Source of the DNA: Candidatus Eiseniibacteriota bacterium
GTDB taxonomy: Bacteria > Eisenbacteria > RBG-16-71-46
Length of the DNA stretch: 64,000 nt
NCBI GenBank assembly: GCA_963717505.1
Contig: OY970342.1
Span: 3,296,001-3,360,000, forward strand
Direction: 5' to 3'
The notes under the pieces were generated by a model. It saw nothing but the letters and a program-made list of their open reading frames with translations. It did not search any database and had not been told where the DNA came from. The translations under genes were made by a program, and so were the position numbers. Position 1 is the stretch's first letter, and each line of letters opens with the position of its first letter. Positions 10,525 through 20,617 of the stretch are shown here, piece by piece.

Positions 10525-12108
10525 GTACCCCCGCCTTCGATGTCGTCGTGATCGGGGCCGGCGCCAACGGCCTGGTCGCGGCCACGATGCTGGCGCGCGC
10601 CGGGCTGCGGGTCGTCGTGCTCGAGGCCGGGGCCGAACCCGGCGGTCAGGGGCGATCCGTCGAGTTCGCGCCGGGATTTCGCGCAGCACCGCTCGGACTC
10701 GATCCCGGGTGGCTGCCGGGGCCGATCGCAGCGGCACTCGGATTCGAGTCGCTGGCCACGATCGACGTTCCCCCGGTGAGTGTCGCCGGCGAGGGCGGCC
10801 GCTGGCTCACGCTGGCTCCCGATCCGGTCCGCGCCGCGCAGTCGATCGCGCCCTGGTCGCCGGCCGACGCCCAGCGCTGGCCGGAGTTCGTGTCACGCCT
10901 GCATCGCCTCGCGGGGTTTCTCGAAACGCTCTATCAGACACCGACGCCCGACGTCGACGCCAGCTCCCTCGCGGAACTGCTCGAGCTGGCGCGGCTCGGA
11001 ACCCGGTTCCGCGCCCTGGGCCGTGCCGACATGATCGAGCTGTTGCGCATTCTGCCGATGTCGGTGTGGGAGCTGCTCGACGATTGGTTCGAGTGCGCTC
11101 CGCTCAAGGCGGCGGTGGCGGCCGGCGGCGTTCTGGACCATCGGCAGGGACCGCGCTCGGGCGGCACCGGCTACGTGCTGCTTCATCACCTGGTCGGCGC
11201 GCCGCTCGGCTCGATTCGCGGCCGCCGCCCATGGCGCGAGGGACCGCTGGCGTTCACGTCCGCTGCACTCGGCGCCGCGCAGCGTGCCGGGGTCGTGCAG
11301 CGCACCGGCGCCACCGTCGCGCGCATCGAGGTACGCGACGACGCAGTGTCGGGCGTCGTGCTCGAGGGCGGCGAAGACGATCCCGGCGTCGAAGGTGCTC
11401 TCGACCGCGAGCCCGGCCGACACGCTGCTCGATTGGATTGATCCGGTATGGCTCGATCCCGAGTTCCTGCACGCCGTCGCCAACATCCGTCATCGCGGCT
11501 GCACGGCGTTCGTTCTTTACGGGATGGATGCGCTGCCCGAGTTTCCGGGTCTCGAGGCCGGATCCCCTCATGGAACGCTGTTGCTGACGCCCAACCTGGT
11601 GACGCTGGAAAAGGCAGCTGATGCCGCGAAGTACGGCACCGTCTCCGAGCAGCCGCATGTCGAGCTGACGCTGGACCGGGGGCGCGCGGCTGATGAGCGA
11701 CCCGTGATGGTCGCCCGCGTCCAGTACGCGCCCTATCGCCTGCGCGACGGGCCGTGGGACCGGGCGCGCACCGAAGCGCTCGCCGATCGCGTGACCGGCG
11801 CGATCGAGTCGGTTTCACCCGGATTCGGCACGCGGGTCCGGCACCGGGTGTCATGGTCACCGGCCGACCTCGCCGAGAAGTTCGGCCTGCGCGAGGGTGC
11901 CCCGTCGCAGGGCGAGCTGGCGCTCGACCAGATCCTGTTCATGCGACCGGTTCCGGGCTGGGGCCGGCACGCGACGCCGATCGCGGGGCTCTACCTGGGC
12001 GGCGCGGGCACCCATCCCGGCCCGGGCGTGCTGGGTGGAGCCGGCTGGCTTGCGGCCCGGCGCATGCTGGATGATCGGCGCTCGACGCGACCCCCGGGGA
12101 CCCGATGA
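10521..12108 (+). CDS. Second, more divergent phytoene dehydrogenase-like oxidoreductase, apparent frameshift near 11376
   Basis: FDVVVIGAGANGL at the GTGA overlap; C-terminus TPIAGLYLGGAGTHPGPG in ORF 11284..12108. Confidence 0.85.
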
Positions 12109-13239
12109 GCTCGTTCCAGCCCACCGCCACCAGCTTCCAGCAGGGCGCGCGCACCCTGCCCGGCGAGTACTACACGTCGCCCGAGGTCCTGGTCGAGGAA
12201 CGCGAGCGAATCTTCGCTCGCGCCTGGAGCTGTGTCGGCCGCGCCGCACAGCTCGCGCAACCGGGCGACTTCCTGGTGCGCGAGGTCGCGGGCGAATCGT
12301 TGATCGTGCTGCGCGATACTGCGGGTGCGCTGCGCGCGTTCTTCAACGTCTGCCGCCACCGCGGCACGCGTCTCTGCTCGGAGGCGTCCGGGCGACTTCA
12401 CCGAGCTCGATTCAGTGTCCCTATCACGCGTGGACCTACGGCCTCGACGGCCGCCTGATCGGGGCACCGCACATGCAGGAGGTCGAGGGCTTCGACAAGA
12501 CGACTACCCGCTGCACGAGGCGGCGCTCGCCGAGTGGGAGGGATTCCTGTTCGTGAATCCTGCGCGCCAACCGGCGCCGTTCGAGTCGGCATGGGCACCG
12601 ATGCGCGGCCGGCTCTCGCGCTACGGACTCGCCGGACTCGTGGTCGGCCACCGCGTGCGCTACGACGTGCGCGCCAACTGGAAGCTGGTGTTCCAGAACT
12701 ACTCCGAGTGCCTGCACTGCCCGACCATCCATCCCAAGCTCGCGACCGTGCTGCCGTATCAGAGCGGCGCCAACGATCTGGTCGAGGGTCCATTCCTCGG
12801 CGGCTACATGGAGATTCGCGCGCCGAACCAGAGCGCGACCATGAGCGGGCGTAGCTGCGGTCGCCCGGTCAGCAGCGAGCTGCCGGACGCCGACCGCCAC
12901 CGCGCTTTCTACTACACGCTGATGCCCAACCTGTTGCTCAGCCTGCACCCGGACTACGTGAACTACTACCTGGTGCACCCGATCGCGGCCAACCACACCG
13001 TGGTCGAATCCGAGTGGCTGTTCCATCCCGACACGCTCGCCGGCGCCGATGGCAACATTCAGGACGCGATCGAGTTCTGGGACGTCACCAATCGTCAGGA
13101 TTGGGACATCGTCGAGCGGAGCCAGCTCGGCATCGCCTCGAGCCGCTACCAGCCCGGACCTTACTCGCCGCGCGAGAGCATGCCGGCGGCATGGGATCGC
13201 GAGTACCTCAAGTGGATGGGCACTCCGTCGCGAACCTGA
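12105..13239 (+). CDS. Rieske non-heme iron oxygenase alpha subunit (GbcA/choline monooxygenase-like), frameshifts near 12400 and 12500
   Basis: NVCRHRG and CPYHAWTY Rieske ligands, NWKLVFQNYSECLHCPTIHP mononuclear iron motif, split over three frames. Confidence 0.87.
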
Positions 13240-13289
13240 TCCGAGAGACACCCCGAACCCGCATCGCCGAGTCGAAAAGGAGATCTCGA

Positions 13290-16200
13290 ATGCGACGTCC
13301 CCCGATGTGGATCCTGCCGCTCGCCGCCCTCGTTGTCGCTTTCGACGTGGCGCCGCCCGCATCCAGCGCGCCGGCGCGCAATGACCCGCGCGTGCAGAGC
13401 GCCCTCGCTGGGCTTCAGTGGCGGAACATCGGCCCCTTCCGCGGCGGTCGCGTGACCGCGGTCGCCGGCGTCGTCGGCCAGCGCAACGTCTACTACTTCG
13501 GCGGCACCGGCGGCGGCGTGTGGAAGAGCGAGGACAGCGGCGTGTCGTGGTCGTGCCTGACCGACGGCCAGCTCGGCACCGGATCGGTCGGCGCGCTGGC
13601 CGTGGCCGAGTCCGACCCCAATGTGATCTACGCCGGCATGGGCGAAGCCTGCATTCGCGGCAACGCATCGCACGGCGACGGCGTCTATCGCACGGTGGAC
13701 GGCGGCCGCACCTGGAAGAACGTCGGACTCAAGGACACGCGGCACATCGGCCGGATGCGCGTCCACCCGCGCGACCCGGATCTGGTCTACGTCGCGGCAC
13801 TCGGACACTCGTTCGGACCCAACAAGGAGCGTGGCGTGTTCCGCTCGCGTGACGGCGGCGCCACCTGGCAGCACGTCCTCGCCGTCAACGACAGCACCGG
13901 TGCGGTCGACCTCGCGATGGACCCCGGGAATCCTCGCGTGCTCTACGCCGCAACCTGGCAGGTCTTTCGCACGCCGTGGTCGCTCGAGAGCGGGGGTCTG
14001 GGCAGCGGGCTGTGGAAGTCGACCGACGGCGGCGACACCTGGAAGCGACTGAACGGCGAGGGGCTCCCCAAGGGCGTCTGGGGACGGGTCGGTGTCACCG
14101 TTTCGCCGGCGCGTCCGAGCCGGATCTATGCCGCGATCGAAGCCGTCGAGGGGGGTGTCTACCGCTCCGACGACGCCGGGCGCACCTGGCGCCGGACCAA
14201 CGAGGATCGCGACTTGCGTCAACGGGCTTGGTACTACACCCACATCCACGCCGACCCGGGCAACGCCGACGGCGTCTACGTGCAGAACGTCTACTTCATG
14301 CGCTCGATCGACGGCGGACGCACGTTCAGCCGGATTACCACCCCGCATGGCGACAGCCACGACCTGTGGATCGATCCGCGCGATCCGATGCGCATGATCG
14401 AGAGCAACGACGGCGGCGCCAACGTCTCGTTCGACGGCGGCCTGTCGTGGTCGCGCCAGGACAACCAGCCGACCGCGCAGTTCTACCACGTGGTCACCGA
14501 CGATGCCTTCCCATACCGGATCTATGGCGCGCAGCAGGACAACTCGACCATCGCGATCGCCAGCCGGACCGGTGGCTTCGGCATCGGCGCGACCGACTGG
14601 CACGACGTCGGCGGCGGCGAGAGCGGTTCGATCGCGCCCAAGCCGGGCGATCCCGACGTCGTCTACGCCGGCTCCTACGGCGGACATCTCACGCGTTACG
14701 ACCACCGCACCGGGCAGGAGCGCAACATCCACGTCCACCCCGACAATCCGATGGGCGCGGGGGCGGAGGGGGCGAAGTACCGTTTCCAGTGGACGTTTCC
14801 GATCGTCGCCTCACCGCACGACCCCAACACGCTGTACGCGACCTCGAACGTCGTGCACCGCACGCGCAACGAAGGGCAGAGCTGGCAGGTGATCAGTCTC
14901 GACCTGACCCACAACGATCCGAAGAAGCTCGGTTCGTCGGGCGGGCCGATCACCAAGGACAACACCAGCGTCGAGTACTACTGCACGATCTTCGCTTTCG
15001 CGGAATCGCCGCTGACTCCGGGACTGCTCTGGGCCGGGTCCGACGACGGTCGCGTACACGTTTCTCGGGACAGTGGCGACAACTGGACCAACGTCACCCC
15101 ACCGTCGTTGCCGGAGTGGAGCACGATCAGTCAGATCGATCCGGGGCGTCACGATCCCGCAACCGCCTACGTTGCGGCCTATCGCTACAAGCTCGACGAC
15201 TACCGCCCGTACGTCTTCGTCACCCACGACTACGGTCGCAACTGGTCGCCGATCGGCCGCAACCTGCCGCACGACGGGGGCTTCGTTCGCGTCGTGCGCG
15301 AAGACCCGGTGCGCAAGGGGTTGCTCTACTGCGGCACCGAGACCGGAGTCTATTGGTCGCCCGACGACGGGAACCTCTGGCTGCCTTTGCGCGTCGCGCG
15401 TCCGGGGCTGATCGCGGACCTCGCGGACCCCGAGGGCGAGCTCAAGGGAGCGCTGCCCCTGGTGCCGATCACCGATCTCGTGGTCCAGGATGACGACGTC
15501 GTGGTCAGCACCCAGGGCCGGGCGTTCTGGATCCTCGACGACGTGAGTCCACTGCGCGAAATCGCGGGCCGGGGCACCAACCCGGAGACCCGGCTCTATC
15601 AGCCTTCGCCCGCGTACCTGTTCGGCGGGCCCGCGGGCGCGCCGGGAGTCACCGGCATGAATCCACAACGCTACGCCACGGTCTACTACCGGCTCGAGAA
15701 TGCGCCCGCCGAGGGCGAGGAGGTCACCCTTGAATTCCTCGATGCCAGCGGCAAGTCGATCCGGAAGCTGTCGAGCAAGAAGGAGAAACCGGCGGAGGCG
15801 GAGGATGCGTCCGGCGCTCCGGCCCCGCCGGTGATTCCCTCGAAGGCCGGCCTCAATCGATTCGCCTGGGATCTGCGCTACCCAGAGGCCAGCCGCTTCA
15901 AAGGCCTGGTGCTGTGGACGCGTGGCGGCCTCGCCGGGCCGCAGGTCGTCCCCGGCCGCTACCAGGTGCGCTTGACTGCCGGCGGCAAGTCACAGATCCA
16001 GCCGCTCGAGCTGCGCAAGGATCCACGGCTCGCCACTACCCCCGAGGAATACCAGCGCCGTTTCGACCTGCGCCTCGAGATCCGCGACAAGCTCACCGAA
16101 TGCCACGACGCGATCACTCGAATCCGTGACGTCCGGGATCAGGCGAAGGCAGTGGCGGAGCGCGCCAAGGCCGCGACCGGCGACACGACGCTTGCTACCG

Positions 16201-16526
16201 CTTCGAAAGCGCTGGCCACCAAGCTGACCGCCATCGAGGAAGCGCTCTACCAGACCAAGAATCGCAGCGCGCAGGATCCGCTCAACTACCCGATCCGGCT
16301 CAACGACAAGCTGAGCGGACTGGCGAGCGTCGTCGAGAGCGCCGATGCACCGCCGACCGATCAGAGCCTTGCGGTCTACCAGGACCTCGCCGGGCGGATC
16401 GATGCGGAACTGAAGAAACTCAAGACCGCGCTCGACGTGGACCTGGCCGAATTCAATCGGCAGGTGCGGGAGCTGAACGTTCCGGCGGTGGTGGTGAAGG
16501 AGAAGAAGGAGTCGGCCGGAAGCTGA
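13290..16526 (+). CDS. Secreted VPS10/sortilin-like BNR-repeat beta-propeller protein (often labelled glycosyl hydrolase)
   Basis: AAGGAG RBS, signal peptide, WRNIGPFRGGRV, many S.D.G.tW Asp-boxes, C-terminal helical region. Confidence 0.92.
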   Translation: MRRPPMWILPLAALVVAFDVAPPASSAPARNDPRVQSALAGLQWRNIGPFRGGRVTAVAGVVGQRNVYYFGGTGGGVWKSEDSGVSWSCLTDGQLGTGSVGALAVAESDPNVIYAGMGEACIRGNASHGDGVYRTVDGGRTWKNVGLKDTRHIGRMRVHPRDPDLVYVAALGHSFGPNKERGVFRSRDGGATWQHVLAVNDSTGAVDLAMDPGNPRVLYAATWQVFRTPWSLESGGLGSGLWKSTDGGDTWKRLNGEGLPKGVWGRVGVTVSPARPSRIYAAIEAVEGGVYRSDDAGRTWRRTNEDRDLRQRAWYYTHIHADPGNADGVYVQNVYFMRSIDGGRTFSRITTPHGDSHDLWIDPRDPMRMIESNDGGANVSFDGGLSWSRQDNQPTAQFYHVVTDDAFPYRIYGAQQDNSTIAIASRTGGFGIGATDWHDVGGGESGSIAPKPGDPDVVYAGSYGGHLTRYDHRTGQERNIHVHPDNPMGAGAEGAKYRFQWTFPIVASPHDPNTLYATSNVVHRTRNEGQSWQVISLDLTHNDPKKLGSSGGPITKDNTSVEYYCTIFAFAESPLTPGLLWAGSDDGRVHVSRDSGDNWTNVTPPSLPEWSTISQIDPGRHDPATAYVAAYRYKLDDYRPYVFVTHDYGRNWSPIGRNLPHDGGFVRVVREDPVRKGLLYCGTETGVYWSPDDGNLWLPLRVARPGLIADLADPEGELKGALPLVPITDLVVQDDDVVVSTQGRAFWILDDVSPLREIAGRGTNPETRLYQPSPAYLFGGPAGAPGVTGMNPQRYATVYYRLENAPAEGEEVTLEFLDASGKSIRKLSSKKEKPAEAEDASGAPAPPVIPSKAGLNRFAWDLRYPEASRFKGLVLWTRGGLAGPQVVPGRYQVRLTAGGKSQIQPLELRKDPRLATTPEEYQRRFDLRLEIRDKLTECHDAITRIRDVRDQAKAVAERAKAATGDTTLATASKALATKLTAIEEALYQTKNRSAQDPLNYPIRLNDKLSGLASVVESADAPPTDQSLAVYQDLAGRIDAELKKLKTALDVDLAEFNRQVRELNVPAVVVKEKKESAGS

Positions 16527-16582
16527 CGGGGAGGGCTCGGCGCGAAGTCGGGGGTCGAGCCGGCTGGGCCGAACGAAACAGT

Positions 16583-16615
16583 GCGCGGGCGCAGCCTCCA
16601 GGACTGCGCCCGCGC
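16583..16615. terminator. Hairpin between convergent genes (probable terminator)
   Basis: GCGCGGGCGCAG-9 nt loop-CTGCGCCCGCGC, 12-bp perfect stem. Confidence 0.7.
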
Positions 16616-16633
16616 GATTTGGCTCCGACTCTG

Positions 16634-17503
16634 CTACGTCATGATCAGCAGGTGCTTGACCTTGCGGAACTCTTCCGGGTTCACGATGTGGATCACGGTT
16701 TCGTTGCCTTCGACCACGACCTCATAGCTGGTCACCGGCTGGGCGCTCAGAATCTCCACCTTCTCCGCCGGGATGCGAATGGTGGTCTGGTAGTCGGTGT
16801 CGAGCGGCGTGAACAGGGTCTGGTCGACCTTGCCGGTCGGCTCCAGGGTCTTGCCGATGCCGAGCACGCCGCCCGAGGGGGCGACCACGCCGGCGGTGGT
16901 CAGGTCCTTCTTGGTGCCGACCATGTAGTAGACCGTGGCCAGCTCGCTGCGCTTCTCCTCGATCGTGGCGCCCTGCACCTGGATCGTGTTCTCGTTCTCC
17001 TGGACCTCGGCGGTGAGCCCCGACACCTGTGTCTCGAGTGACTGGACCTGCGCCGTCAGCGCCGCGATCTCGGACTCCTTTTGGGCCACGTTCTTCTTGA
17101 GGTTGGCGACCATCTTCTGCAGCCCGGCCACCTTGACCCCCGACGCCTTGAGCCTGGTGTCGAGCTCCTGGATCCGGACCTTCGTGCGCTCGATGCCCGC
17201 CTTCAGCTCGGCGATCCGCTCCATCACCTCGTCTCCCTGCGAGGCCGTGAGCTTCTGCTCGGCCGAGAGCTGGCTGGGGTGGAGCTTGGCTTCTTCGTCA
17301 CTGAGCACGATGGCGTTGAGGCTGTCCTGGATCATCGCGATCTCGTTGATCGCGCGCCCATAGCGGTTTCGGGTCTCCGCTTCGCTCGCCTGCGCCTCGA
17401 CGTAGTTCGTCGACGCCGTACGGTATCTCTGGAACAGGATTCCGGTTGCGCCGAGCAAGACGACAACCAGGGCGATGAGCGCGACCTGTGCGGGATTCTT
17501 CAT
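16634..17503 (-). CDS. Membrane-anchored coiled-coil protein resembling the Bacteroidota Cbp1-type family
   Basis: N-terminal TM, long heptad region, C-terminal VYYMVGTKKDL...ILSAQPVTSY...HIVNPEEF; family assignment from memory. Confidence 0.65.
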   Translation of the reverse strand: MKNPAQVALIALVVVLLGATGILFQRYRTASTNYVEAQASEAETRNRYGRAINEIAMIQDSLNAIVLSDEEAKLHPSQLSAEQKLTASQGDEVMERIAELKAGIERTKVRIQELDTRLKASGVKVAGLQKMVANLKKNVAQKESEIAALTAQVQSLETQVSGLTAEVQENENTIQVQGATIEEKRSELATVYYMVGTKKDLTTAGVVAPSGGVLGIGKTLEPTGKVDQTLFTPLDTDYQTTIRIPAEKVEILSAQPVTSYEVVVEGNETVIHIVNPEEFRKVKHLLIMT

Positions 17504-17812
17504 CACTCCATCTCCTTTGGGGTGTGAGCAGGATGTCTCTCGTGACCCGGAGCCGACCGCGACACGCGAGCCGGAACCGGAAGCATCTTCACCGTTCGGC
17601 AGCCGTGATTTCCACCAAAAACTTCCCGAACGCCGATCGACGTCGGATCGGGTGCGGAACCGGAGCTTCCGCTAGTGCATTGTCGGACCGGCGTTTTGCC
17701 GGTGAGGAGATGCGGGTGTTGAGGTGCGAGCGCCGCCCAGACTTGGCAGGTCGTTGACGATCGGGAACACGGAAAGCGCAAGTCGCCGAACCGCGGTCTT
17801 GGGAAACTCCGT

Positions 17813-20063
17813 CTAGCGAAGCATCAGCACTTTGGCGGTGGCGGCATGACGCCCGGCCTCGGCCTTCAGGAAGTAGATCCCGGCCGGAGCAACGGTGCCG
17901 TCCTCGAGACGCCCGTCCCACGTCACGCGATGCGTGCCGGCTTCGAGGGCGCGGTCGAGCAGCGTATGCGCCCGTCGGCCCGAGAGGTCGTAGAGGGCCA
18001 GCCGAGCGTGCGCCGCCGCCGGCAGGGTGAACTCGGCCGCCAGACTGCCGCGGGTCGGATTGGGCCCAACTGCCAGCCCGAGCGACGATCCACCGGGCGT
18101 TTCTCCGACCGCGGTCGCCAGCGATGCGTCGTAGGTCACATAGACCGGCCCGGTCCAGATGCGCTCGTTGTCGTCGGTGCGGATGCGTAGGTAGTAGTGG
18201 ACCTCGGTGCCGTCGGCGAACACGTCCCGTTCGCGCCAGTCGAAGCGCGAGCTTCCGATCGACCCCGCGACTTTGACTGCGCTCGATGCCCCGGTGATGC
18301 CGCGGAACAGCTCGACCTCGGCCACGAAGTCGTCGAGGTCCGGATCGGTGACGTCGAGCGCGATCCGGATGCCGGCGGGCGTGGCGAAGACCCGCCCCAT
18401 CGGGAACCCGTTGGCCGATACACCGACCACGGCATTGTGATCCTGAGTGGCGTAGCTGCGGCCTTCGGCCAGCCCCGCCAGGATTTCGCTCTTGCTCAGG
18501 CCGGCGGCCAGCACGCGCCGTGCGGCTCTGGCTCGACGCGCCCCATGTGGCATTGTGATTGTCCTGGTCCGCGACCGGGGAGACGCGATAGCCCTTGCGC
18601 AGCGCCTCCTGGAACTGCCCATCGAAATTGGTATTGCCGATGTCGGACTCGGTGGTCGAGGTCGATTGTGCGGGACCGTTGACCAGTGCCATTTGGTGCA
18701 CGACGCCCAGTCCGGCAGCCGTCACCGCCAGGTTTGCGAAGTCGCCAGCCGCGGGATGGCAGAACTGCGCAACCGGGGCATGCTCGGCCGGTGGGTTGGC
18801 CTGGATCGCCGCGTACAGGCCGGGATAGTCCCCCTGCGCCACGAACACGTCGTAGTTGCCCGGCTCCCAGCCAAAGAGTACCGGGGACTCGAAGATGTTG
18901 ACATGTCCCTCGGCGGCAATACCCCACTCCTGGCCGTAGATCGCGACGAACTCGCCATCACTGTTCGCGGCTTCGGCCTGGAGCATGCCGAGCGCGTAGC
19001 TCGGCAGCAGCATGCCGGCCGAGGAGTGGTTGTGATCGGTGACGGCCAGGAAGTCGAGCGGGGTCGGCGCGGTGTAACGCGCATAGAACCACGCATCCGT
19101 CGGGGTCTGAACGCCATCCGAAAACGACGTGTGCGAATGAAGGTTGCCGAAGTACGCGTTGTAGCCGAGATCGGTCGACAGTCGCTCGCCGGTCGCCGGC
19201 GCAGCTCCCGGACTGTTGGAGACTCCGCTCGAGTTGGGGACCTCGTCGCGCGTCTGCAGCGCGAAATAGTAGGTAGAGTCAGGATCCATCCCAAAGACGT
19301 ACAGGGTCTCTGCGGTTCCCGCGGCCGAAGGCACGTGCTCGACCAGCCAGCGGTCGAGATCGCCCGCGGCGCCAAACGTGCCCGAGGTCAGCGGTGCGTC
19401 GTCGACCCGGATGATGTACTCGCTGGCCGTTTCCGAGGCGCCGTCGTCGCCGGGCGCCGTCCACGTCAGGCGGACCTCACCGGCGAAGGCGCCAGGAATC
19501 GCCATCAGATCGAGCACCGTGGCCGGCGCCGTGACGTCGCCGACGCCGCCGTTGGACGCGCAGAACGTGTCCGGAAAGCGCCAGGCGAAGTTGGCGGACC
19601 CGTTCGGAATCGCCGACCAGACGTTACCCGATTGCGCCGCCGCGTCGGGGTAGGAGATGACATGGACGACAGTCGAGGGGAAGGTGCGATTGGAAACCAG
19701 ATAGACCGTGTCGCCGCCGTTGTTCAGGTACGCGCCCGTGCCCTGACCCCGGATGACACGAAACTCTCCGGGCTGGATCACGGCGGTCCCCGGACAGCCG
19801 ACGAAGTCCTCGGGAATTCGGGCCCGGATCGTGGCGTCGTCGATGGTGGCGGCGTCCTCGATCGCCCAGCCGGTCATGTCCACCGGGGCCGCGCCCGCGT
19901 TGTAGATCTCGATCAGCTCTTCGGCGCCGGTCTCGCTGCCGTTGGGGTTCGGAATCAGCTCGTTGATGACGATCTGGGCGCCGGCGATGCCGGACAGGGT
20001 AGCCAGCGAGAGCGCGGCGGCAACCATCGGGGCGAGAACGGCAAAGCGGGCGGGTCGGCCCAT
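17813..20063 (-). CDS. Secreted lamin-tail + FN3 + PHP (CehA/McbA-like) metallohydrolase with FlgD-Ig/T9SS-like C-terminal domain; frameshift near 18520
   Basis: IVINELIPNP (LTD), VRLTWTAPGDD (FN3), GNLHSHTSFSDG / VTDHNH / DQDNH (PHP), C-terminal PNPTRG...LYDLSGR...WDGR...GIYF in ORF 17813..18622. Confidence 0.85.
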
Positions 20064-20137
20064 CGGGGAGGGCTCCAGGGTTCAAGGTCGGGTTGTCGAT
20101 GCGGGCCGGCCCCGATTCTAGCAGACGGGCGGGTGGG

Positions 20138-20593
20138 TCAGTGGTGGAATCCCCCGAACCCGTGCCGCTTGTCCTTGAAGCTGACCGACACCAGTTTGAA
20201 TGGGGACTTTCCCTGTGCCGTGAAGGTGAACTCGTGACTCGCCGCATCGGAGTCGAGCAGCGTCACGACCAGCTCGTTCGGCGCCTCCCGGATGACGGCC
20301 CCCAGGGTCAGACGCCCGAGCCGTTCGCGCAGCTTGCGGTAGTTCTCGATTCGCGTCCCCATGCTCTTCTTCGCGAGGACTTCGGGATCCATTTCGCGCA
20401 GATAGAATTCGCGCATCGCGGAGTCGCCCGTCGAGAACGCGCGCACCCATCCGCGCCCCAGCTCGCCGCAGCGGGTCCCGGGCCAGCCGTCGCGGGCCTT
20501 GGTCGCGGGTTCGGCGCTGGACTTGGTGTCCGCCGGGGCCGAGTGGCCCACGCACAGCAGCAGAAACGCGAGAACGAGTTTCAGTCGAAACAT
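20138..20593 (-). CDS. Small secreted hypothetical protein, last gene of the ABC operon
   Basis: GGAGG RBS, signal peptide, directly downstream of the permease. Confidence 0.7.
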   Translation of the reverse strand: MFRLKLVLAFLLLCVGHSAPADTKSSAEPATKARDGWPGTRCGELGRGWVRAFSTGDSAMREFYLREMDPEVLAKKSMGTRIENYRKLRERLGRLTLGAVIREAPNELVVTLLDSDAASHEFTFTAQGKSPFKLVSVSFKDKRHGFGGFHH

Positions 20594-20617
20594 GGATTCC
20601 TCCCCTGTGGAAATCGT

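Noticed and set aside
7758-11441. 1227-aa ORF that looks like a GcvT-phytoene dehydrogenase triple fusion
   Set aside because: Artefact: single-base insertions near 8811 and 10236 shift each gene into the next gene's frame. The true C-termini are present in other frames with ATGA/GTGA overlaps.
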